Shown piece by piece: positions 54,000-64,000 of a stretch of DNA of 64,000 bases. Numbering within the stretch: position 1 is the first letter of the stretch; the number at the start of each line of letters is the position of its first letter. The notes under the pieces were generated by a model, which was given only the letters and a program-made list of their open reading frames with translations, ran no database searches and was not told where the DNA came from. Source of the stretch: Eledone cirrhosa (lineage: Eukaryota); contig OZ024744.1 in the NCBI GenBank assembly GCA_964016885.1, positions 43,896,001 through 43,960,000 on the forward strand. Direction: 5' to 3'. The position numbers and the translations under genes are program-made.

Positions 54000-56900
54000 A
54001 TACCTTCCTGCCAGATTGTTGAACGTATATACTTACCTTATGCATATTAACGGCTGTGTAGCCCAATTAGCATATCTAGTGGGTTAATCGGCCAGGTGCA
54101 CCGAAAAGGATAAACGGAAAAAATGAAACGAAATTTCATTTCCCACTCTTAGTACGGCTGTTTTTAAATATAAGTATGTACACGTACATACATATATGTA
54201 TACAGACGTACAGTATTATGTATATATATATACATACATGCACACGTTTATATATGCACGTATGGATTCACCGAAGATTTATTATAATGCTCGGTTTGTT
54301 TGTAAACAAACATCCCGTATTACGCTGTAGTGTCTAGTAACCATAGTTGCTCGTTTGTTCAACACTAACAAAGGAACGCTGTACTAGTTTCAAGCTTATT
54401 AGCTATGGTCAGCAACGTATACCTTCCTGCTAGATTGTTGAACGTATATACTTACCTTATGCATATTAACGGGTGAGTAGCCCAATTTGCATATCGAGTG
54501 GGATAATCGGCCGGGTGCACCGAATACGATAAAAGGAAAAAAAATAAAACGAAATTTCATTTTCCACTCTTAGTACGAGTGTTACTTAAATATAAGTATG
54601 TACACGTACATACATATATGTATACAGACGTACACTACTATGTATATATATATACATACATGCACACATATATATATATATGCACGTATGGATTCACCGA
54701 AGATTTATTATAATGCTCGGTTTGTTTGTAAACAAACATCCCGTATTAAGCCGTGGTGTCTAGCAACCATCGTTGCTCGTTTGTTCAACACTGACAAAGG
54801 AACGCTGTACTAATTTCAAGCTTATTAGCTATCGTCAGCAACGTATACCTTCTTGCCAGATTGTTGAACGTATATACTTACCTTATGCATATTAACGGCT
54901 GAGTAGCACAATTTGCATATCGAGTGGGTTAATCGGCCGGGTGCACCGAAAACGATAAACGGAAAAAATGAAACGAAACTTCATTTCCCACTCTTAGTAC
55001 GGCTGTTTTTAAATATAAGTATGTACACATACATACATATATGTATACAGACGTACAGTAGTATGTATATATATACATACATGCACACATATATATATAT
55101 GCACGTATGGATTCACCGAACATTTATTATAATGCTCGGTGTGTTTGTAAACAAACATCCCGTATTAAGCCGTAGTGTCTAGCAACTATCGTTGCTCGTT
55201 TGTTCAACACTGACAAAGGAACGCTGTACTAATTTCAAGCTTATTAGCTATCGTCAGCAACGTATACCTTCTTGCCAGATTGTTGAACGTATATACTTAC
55301 CTTATGCATATTAACGGCTGAGTAGCACAATTTGCATATCGAGTGGGTTAATCGGCCGGGTGCACCGAAAATGATAAACAGAAAAAATGAAACGAAACTT
55401 CATTTCCGACTCTTAGTACGGCTGTTACTTAAATATAAGTATGTACACGTACATACATATATGTATACAGACGTACAGTAGTATGTATATATATATATAC
55501 ATACATGCACACATATATACAGGCACGTATGGATTCACAGAACATTTATTATAATACTCGGTGTGTTTGTAAACAAACATCCCGTATTAAGCCGTAGTGT
55601 CCAGCAACCATGGTTGCTCGTTTGTTCAACACTGACAAAGGAACACTGTACTAGTTTCAAGCTTATTATCTATCGTCAGCAACGTATACCTTACTGCCAG
55701 ATTGTTGAACGTATATACTTACCATATGCATATTAACGGCTGAGTAGCCCAATTTGCATATCGAGTGGGTTAATCGGCCGGGTGCACCGAAAACGATAAA
55801 CGGAAAAATGAAACGAAATTTCATTTCTCACTCTTAGTACGGCTGTTTTAAATGTAAGCATGTACACGTACATACATATATGTATACAGACGTACATACA
55901 TATATGTATACAGACGTACAGTAGTATGTGTATATATATATATATACATGCACACATATATGTATATATATGCACGTATGGATTCAGCGTACATTTATTA
56001 TAATGCTCGGTGTGATTGTAAAAAAACATCCCGTATACAGCCGTAGTGTCTAGCAACCATCGTTGCTCGTTTGTTCAACACTCACAAAGGAACGCTATAC
56101 TAGTTTCAAGCTTATTAGCTATCGTCAGCAACGTATACCTTCCTGCCAGATTGTTGAACGTATATACTTACCTTATGCATGTTAGCGGCAGAGTAGCCCA
56201 ATTTGCATATCGAGTGGGTTAATCGGCCAGGTGCGCCGAAAGCGATAAACGGAAAAAATGAAACGAAATTTCATTTCCCACTCTTAGTACGGCTGTTTTT
56301 AAATATAAGTATGTACACGTACATACATATATGTATACAGACTTCCAGTAGTATGTATATATCTACATACATGCACACATATATATATGCACGTATGGAT
56401 TCACCGAACATTTATTATAATTCTCGGTGTGTTTGTAAACAAACATCCCGTATTAAGCCGTAGTGTCTAGAAACCATCGTTGCTCGTTTGTTCACCACTG
56501 ACAAAGGAACGCTGTACTGGTTTCAAGCTTATTAGCTATCGTCAGCAACGTATACCTTCCTGCTAGATTGTTGAACATATATACTTACCTTATGCATATT
56601 AACGGCTGAGTAGCCCAATTTGCATATCGAGTGGGACAATCGGCCGGGTGCTACGAAAAGGATAAATGGAAAAGATGAAACGAAATTCACATTTCCAACT
56701 CTTAGTACGGCTGTTTTTAAATATAAGTATGTACACGTACATACATATATGTATACAGACTTCCAGTAGTATGTATATATATACATACATGCACACATAT
56801 ATATATGCACGTATGGATTCACCGAACATTTATTATAATTCTCGGTGTGTTTGTAAACAAAGATCCCGTATTAAACCGTAGTGTCTAGAAACCATCGCTG

Positions 56901-57329
56901 CTCGTTTGTTCAACACTGACAAAGGAACGCTGTACTAGTTTCTAGCTTATTAGCTATCGTCAGCAACGTATACCTTCCTGCTAGATTGTTGAACGTATAT
57001 ACTTATCTTATGCATATTAACGGCTGAGTAGCCCAATTTGCATATCGAGTGGGATCATCGGCCGGGTGCACCGAATACGATAAACGGAAAAAAAATAAAA
57101 CGAAATTTCATTTTCCACCGAGTACGGCTATTACTTAAATATAAGTATGTACACGTACATACATATATGTATACAGACGTACAGTACTATGTATATATAT
57201 ATACATACATGCACACATATATATATATGCGCGTATGGATTCACCGAACATTTATTATAATGCTCGGTGTATTTGTAAACAAACATCCCGTATTAAGCCG
57301 TAGTGTCTACCAACCATCGTTGCTCGTTT

Positions 57330-57416
57330 GTTCAACACTGACAAAGGAACGCTGTACTAGTTTCAAGCTTATTAGCTATCGTCAGCAACGTATACCTTCC
57401 TGCCAGATTGTTGAAC
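57330..57416 (-). ncRNA. Type I hammerhead ribozyme (representative consensus copy; core 57349-57391; predicted cleavage between 57355 and 57354)
   Basis: Minus strand reads GUUCAACA-AU-CUGGCAGGAAGGUAU-ACGUUG-CUGACGA-U-AGCU-AAUA-AGCU-U-GAAAC-UA-GUA^CAGCGU-UCCUUUGUCAG-UGUUGAAC. It has the CUGANGA and GAAA cores and a GUA triplet, and stems I, II and III all pair. Confidence 0.82.
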
Positions 57417-60400
57417 GTATATACTTACCTTATGCATATTAACGGCTGAGTAGCACAATTAGCATATCGAGTGGGTTAATTGGCCTGGTGCACCGAAAAT
57501 GATAAACGGAAAAAAGGAAACGAAATTTCATTTCCGCTCTTGGTACGGCTGTTTTTAAATATAAGTATGTACACGTACATACATATATGTATACAGACGT
57601 ACAGTAGTATGTATATATATATATATATACATACATGCACACATATATATATATATGCACGTATGGATTCACCGAACATTTATTATAATGCTCGGTGTGT
57701 TTGTAAACAAACATCCCGTATTAAGCTCTAGTGTCTAGCAACCATCGTTGCTCGTTTGTTCAACACTGACAAACGAACGCTGTACTAGTTTCAAGCTTAT
57801 TAGCTATCGTCAGCAACGTATACCTTCCTGCCAGATTGTTGAACGTATATACTTACCTTATGCATATTAACGGCTGTGTAGCCCAATTAGCATATCTAGT
57901 GGGTTAATCGGCCAGGTGCACCGAAAACGATAAACGGAAAAAATGAAACGAAATTTCATTTCCCACTCTTAGTACGGCTGTTTTTAAATATAAGTATGTA
58001 CACGTACATACATATATGTATACAGACGTACAGTAGTATGTATATATATATACATACATGCACACATATATATATGCACGTATGGATTCACCGAACATTT
58101 ATTATAATGCTCGGTGTGTTTGTAAACAAACATCCCGTATTAAGCTGTAGTGTCTAGCAACCATCGTTGCTCGTTTGTTCAACACTGACAAACGAACGCT
58201 GTACTAGTTTCAAACTTATTAGCTATCGTCAGCAACGTATACCTTCCTGCCAGATTGTTGAACGTATTTATTTACCTTATGCATATTAACGGTTGAGTAG
58301 CCCAATTTGCATATCGAGTGGGATAATCGGCCGGGTGCAACGATTACGATAAACGGAAAAGATGAAACGAAATTTCATTTCCCACACTTAGTACGGCTGT
58401 TACTTAAATATAAGTATGTACACGTATATAGATATATGTATACAGACGTACAGTATTATGTATATATATATACATACATGCACACGTTTATATATGCACG
58501 TATGGATTCACCGAAGATTTATTATAATGCTCGGTTTGTTCGTAAACAAACATCCCGTATTACGCTGTAGTGTCTAGTAACAATAGTTGCTCGTTTGTTC
58601 AACACTAACAAAGGAACGCTGTACTAGTTTCAAGCTTATTAGCTATGGTCAGCAACGTATACCTTCCTGCTAGATTATTGAACGTATATACTTACCTTAT
58701 GCATATTAACGGCTGAGTAGCACAATTTTCATATCGAGTGGGTTAATCGGCCGGGTGCACCGAAAACGATAAACGGAAAAAATGAAACGAAACTTCATTT
58801 CCCACTCTTAGTACGGCTGTTTTTAAATATAACTATGTACACATACATTCATATATGTATACAGACGTACAGTAGTATGTATATATATACATACATGCAC
58901 ACATATATAAATATGCACGTATGGATTCACCGAACATTTATTATAATGCTCGGTGTGTTTGTAAACAAACATCCCGTATTAAGCCGTAGTGTCTAGCAAC
59001 CATCGTTGCTCGTTTGTTCAACACTGACAAAGGAACGCTGTACTAATTTCAAACTTATTAGCTATCGTCAGCAACGTATACCTTCCTGCTAGATTGTTGA
59101 ACGTATATACTTACCTTATGCATATTAACGGCTGAGTAGCCCAATGTGCATATCGAGTGGGTTAATCAGCCGGGTGCAACGAGAACGATAAACGGAAAAG
59201 ATGAAACGAAATTTCATTACCCACTCTTAGTACGGCTATTACTTAAATATGAGTATGTACACGTACATACATATATGTATGCAGACGTACAGTAGTATGT
59301 ATATATATATACATACATGCACACATATATATATGCACGTATGGATTCACAGAACATTTATTATTATGCTCGGTGTGTTTGTAAACAAACATCCCGTATT
59401 AAGCCGAAGTGTCTAGCAACCATCGTTGCTCGTTTGTTCAACACTGACAAAGGAACGCTGTACTAGTTTCAAGCTTATTAGCTATCGTCAGCAACGTATA
59501 CCTTCCTGCCAGATTGTTGAACGTATATACTTACCTTATGCATATTAACGGCTGAGTAGCCCAATTAGCATATCGCGTGGGTTAATTGGCCAGGTGCACC
59601 GAAAACGATAAGCGGAAAAAAGGAAACGAAATTTCATTTCCACTCTTGGTACGGCTGTTTTTAAATATAAGTATGTACACGTACATACATATATGCATAC
59701 AGACGTACAGTAGTATGTATATATATAAATATACATACATGCACACATATATATATGCACGTACGGATTCACCGAACATTTATTATAATGCTCGGTGTGT
59801 TTGTAAACAAACATCCCGTATTAAGTTGTAGTGTCTAGCAACCATCGTTGCTCGTTTGTTCAACACTGACAAACGAACGCTGTACTAGTTTCAAGCTTAT
59901 TAGCTATCGTCAGCAACGTATACCTTCCTGCCAGATTGTTGAACGTATATACTTACCTTATGCATATTAACGGCTGTGTAGCCCAATTAGCATATCTAGT
60001 GGGTTAATCGGCCAGGTGCACCGAAAAGGATAAACGGAAAAAATGAAACGAAATTTCATTTCCCACTCTTAGTACGGCTGTTTTTAAATATAAGTATGTA
60101 CACGTACATACATATATGTATACAGACGTACAGTATTATGTATATATATATACATACATGCACACGTTTATATATGCACGTATGGATTCACCGAAGATTT
60201 ATTATAATGCTCGGTTTGTTTGTAAACAAAGATCCCGTATTAAACCGTAGTGTCTAGTAACCATAGTTGCTCGTTTGTTCAACACTAACAAAGGAACGCT
60301 GTACTAGTTTCAAGCTTATTAGCTATGGTCAGCAACGTATACCTTCCTGCTAGATTGTTGAACGTATATACTTACCTTATGCATATTAACGGGTGAGTAG

Positions 60401-63400
60401 CCCAATTTGCATATCGAGTGGGATAATCGGCCGGGTGCACCGAATACGATAAAAGGAAAAAAAAATAAAACGAAATTTCATTTTCCACTCTTAGTACGAG
60501 TGTTACTTAAATATAAGTATGTACACGTACATACATATATGTATACAGACGTACAGTACTATGTATATATATATACATACATGCACACATATATATATAT
60601 ATGCACGTATGGATTCACCGAAGATTTATTATAATGCTCGGTTTGTTTGTAAACAAACATCCCGTATTAAGCCGTGGTGTCTAGCAACCATCGTTGCTCG
60701 TTTGTTCAACACTGACAAAGGAACGCTGTACTAATTTCAAGCTTATTAGCTATCGTCAGCAACGTATACCTTCTTGCCAGATTGTTGAACGTATATACTT
60801 ACCTTATGCATATTAACGGCTGAGTAGCACAATTTGCATATCGAGTGGGTTAATCGGCCGGGTGCACCGAAAACGATAAACGGAAAAAATGAAACGAAAC
60901 TTCATTTCCCACTCTTAGTACGGCTGTTTTTAAATATAAGTATGTACACATACATACATATATGTATACAGACGTACAGTAGTATGTATATATATACATA
61001 CATGCACACATATATATATATGCACGTATGGATTCACCGAACATTTATTATAATGCTCGGTGTGTTTGTAAACAAACATCCCGTATTAAGCCGTAGTGTC
61101 TAGCAACTATCGTTGCTCGTTTGTTCAACACTGACAAAGGAACGCTGTACTAATTTCAAGCTTATTAGCTATCGTCAGCAACGTATACCGTCCTGCCAGA
61201 TTGTTGAACGTATATACTTACCTTATGCATATTAACGGCTGAGTAGCCCAATGTGCATATCGAGTGGGTTAATCAGCCGGGTGCAACGAAAACGATAAAC
61301 GGAAAAGATGAAACGAAATTTCATTTCCCACTCTTAGTACGTCTATTACTTAAATATAAGTATGTACACATACATACATATATGTATACAGACGTACAGT
61401 AGTATGTATATATATACATACATGCACACATATATATATATGCACGTATGGATTCACAGAACATTTATTATTATGCTCGGTGTGTTTGTAAACAAACATC
61501 CCGTATTAAGCCGTAGTATCTAGCAACCATCGTTGCTCGTTTGTTCAACACTGACAAAGGAACGCTGTACTAATTTCAAGCTTATTAGCTATCGTCAGCA
61601 ACGTATACCTTCCTGCCAGATTATTGAACGTATATACTTACCTTATGCATATTTACGGCTGAGTAGCCCAATTTGCATATCGAGTGGGTTAATCGGCCGG
61701 GTGCACCGAATACGATAAACGGAATAAAAATAAAACGAAATTTCATTTTCCACTCTTAGTACGAGTGTTACTTAAATATAAGTATGTACATGTACATACA
61801 TATATGTATACAGACGTACAGTACTATGTATATATATATACATACATGCACACATATATATATGCACGTATGGATTCACCGAACATTTATTATAATGCTC
61901 GGTTTGATGTAAACAAACATCCCGTATTAAGCCGTAGTGTCTAGCAACCATAGTTGCTCGTTTGTTCAACAGTGACAAAGGAACGCTGTACTAGTTTCAA
62001 GCTTATTAGCTATCGTCAGCAACGTATACCTTCCTGCAAGATTGTTGAACGTATATACATACCTTATGCATATTAACGGCTGAGTAGCCCAATGTGCATA
62101 TCGAGTGGGTTAATCAGCCGGTTGCAACGAAAACGATAAACGGAAAAGATGAAACGAAATTTCATTTCCCACTCTTAGTACGGCTATCACTTAAATATAA
62201 GTATGTACACGTACATACATATATGTATGCAGACGTACAGTAGTATGTATATATACATACATGCACACATATATATATGCACGTATGGATTCACAGAACA
62301 TTTATTATTATTCTCGGTGTGTTTGTAAACATACATCCCGTATTAAGCCGTAGTATCTAGCAACCATCGCTGCTCGTTTGTTCAATACTGACAAAGGAAC
62401 GCTGTACTAATTTCAAGCTTATTAGCTATCGTCAGCAACGTATACCTTCCTACCAGATTGTTGAACGTATATACTTACCTTATGCATATTTACGACTGAG
62501 TAGCACAATTTGCAGATCGAGTGGGTTAATTGGCCGGGTGCACAGAAAACGATAAACGGAAAAGATGAAACGAAATTTCATTTCCCACTCTTAATACGAC
62601 TGTTACTGAAATATAAGTATGTACACGTACATACATACATGTATACACATGTACAGTAGTATGTATATATATATACATACATGCACACATTAATATATGC
62701 ACGTATGGATTCACCGAACATTTATTATAATGCTCGGTGTGTTTGTAAACAAACATCCCGTATTAAGCCGTAGTGTCTAGTAACCGTCGTTGCTCAATTG
62801 TTTAACAGTGACAAAGGAACACTGTACTAGTTTCAAGCTTATTAGCTATCGTCAGCAACGTATACCTTCCTGCCAGATTGTTGAACGTATATACTTACCT
62901 TATGCATATTAACGGCTGAGTAGCTCAATTTGCATATTGAGTGGGTTAATCGGCCGGCTGCACAGAATACGATAAACGGAAAAGATGAAACGAAATTTCA
63001 TTTCCACTCTTAGTACCGCTATTACTTAAATATAAGAATGTACACGTACATAGATATATGTATACAGACGTACAGTAGTATGTATATATATACATACATG
63101 CACATATATATATATATACGTATGGATTCACCGAACATTTATTATAATGCTCGGTGTGTTTGTAAACAAACATCCCGTATTAAGCCGCAGTGTCTAGTAA
63201 CCATCGTTGCTCGTTTGTTCAACAGTGACAGAGCAACGCTGTACTAGTTTCAAGCTTATTAGCTATCGTCAGCAACGTATACCTTTCTGCCAGATTGTTG
63301 AACGTATATACTTACCTTATGCATATTAACGGCTGAGTTGACCACTTTGCATATCGAGTGGGTTAATCGGCCAGACGCACCGAAAACGATAAACGGAAAA

Positions 63401-64000
63401 AAATGAAACGAAATTTCATTTCCCACTCTTAGTGCGGCTGTTTTTTAAATATAAGTATGTACACGTAAATACATATATGTATACAGACGTACAGTAGTAT
63501 GTATATATATATATATACATGCAAACATATATATATATGCACGTATGATTCACAGAACATTTATTATAATGCTCGGTGTGTTTGTAAACAAACATCCCGT
63601 ATTAAACCGCAGTGTCTAGTAACCATCGTTGCTCATTTGTTCAACAGTGACAAAGGAACACTGTACTAGTTTCAAGCTTATTAGCTATCGTCAGCAACGT
63701 ATACCTTCCTGCTAGATTGTTGAACGTACATACTTACCTTATGCATATTAACGGCTGAGTAGCCCAATTTGCATATCGAGTGGGATAATCGGCCGGGTGC
63801 AACGAAAACGATAAACGGAAAAGATGAAACGAAATTTCATTTCCCACACTTAGTACGGCTTTTACTTAAATATAAGTATGTACACGTACATACATATATG
63901 TATACAGACGTACAGTAGTATGTATATATATATACATACATGCACACATATATATATGCGCGTATGGAGTCACAGAACATTTATTATAATGCTCGGTGTG

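Larger units (their letters stand above)
53829..64000 (-). repeat. ~420-bp tandem array (about 24 units, continuing past the window end), each complete unit carrying a hammerhead ribozyme motif; retrozyme-like satellite
   Basis: The motif tcagcaacgtatacc recurs about every 420 bp from ~53990 to ~63690. Length variation is mostly in the internal (TA)n/(TACA)n tracts. Confidence 0.95.

Noticed and set aside
54598-63247. Repeated short ORFs in the 420-bp units
   Set aside because: Frames shift with (TA)n length between units, and there is no recognisable protein.
53829-64000. U1 snRNA or spliced-leader RNA gene array (ATACTTACCT in each unit)
   Set aside because: The match to U1 stops after 10 nt, and I see no U1 stem-loops or clear Sm site downstream of the donor. 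The hammerhead fold explains the conserved structure better.

Overview
This is eukaryotic DNA, most likely from an octopod cephalopod, inferred from the tRNA-derived SINE family and the repeat landscape. (1) 1-21.9 kb holds a head-to-tail stack of six minus-strand Tx1/L1-clade non-LTR retrotransposons (gag-like ORF1 with a CCHC knuckle; APE-RT ORF2). Most are joined through their (ATT)n tails, they carry three distinct 5'/ORF1 types on a near-identical ORF2, and the most decayed copies lie on the right. (2) Two phase-compatible + strand exons of a trypsin-like S1 serine protease (22646-22773 and 45363-45497) flank a 22.6-kb intron that is ~99% a 31-bp satellite. (3) A 2.7-kb GT/GGT simple repeat and scattered SINEs follow. 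(4) From 49.66 kb to the window end runs a ~420-bp tandem array, interrupted once by a 3.5-kb insertion. Every complete monomer carries a minus-strand type I hammerhead ribozyme fold (CUGACGA...GAAA, GUA cleavage triplet, palindromic stem III, long stem I), with 25 copies counted by eye, so the array looks like a retrozyme-type self-cleaving satellite. This array is the top finding. All alignments, folds and counts were done by eye.
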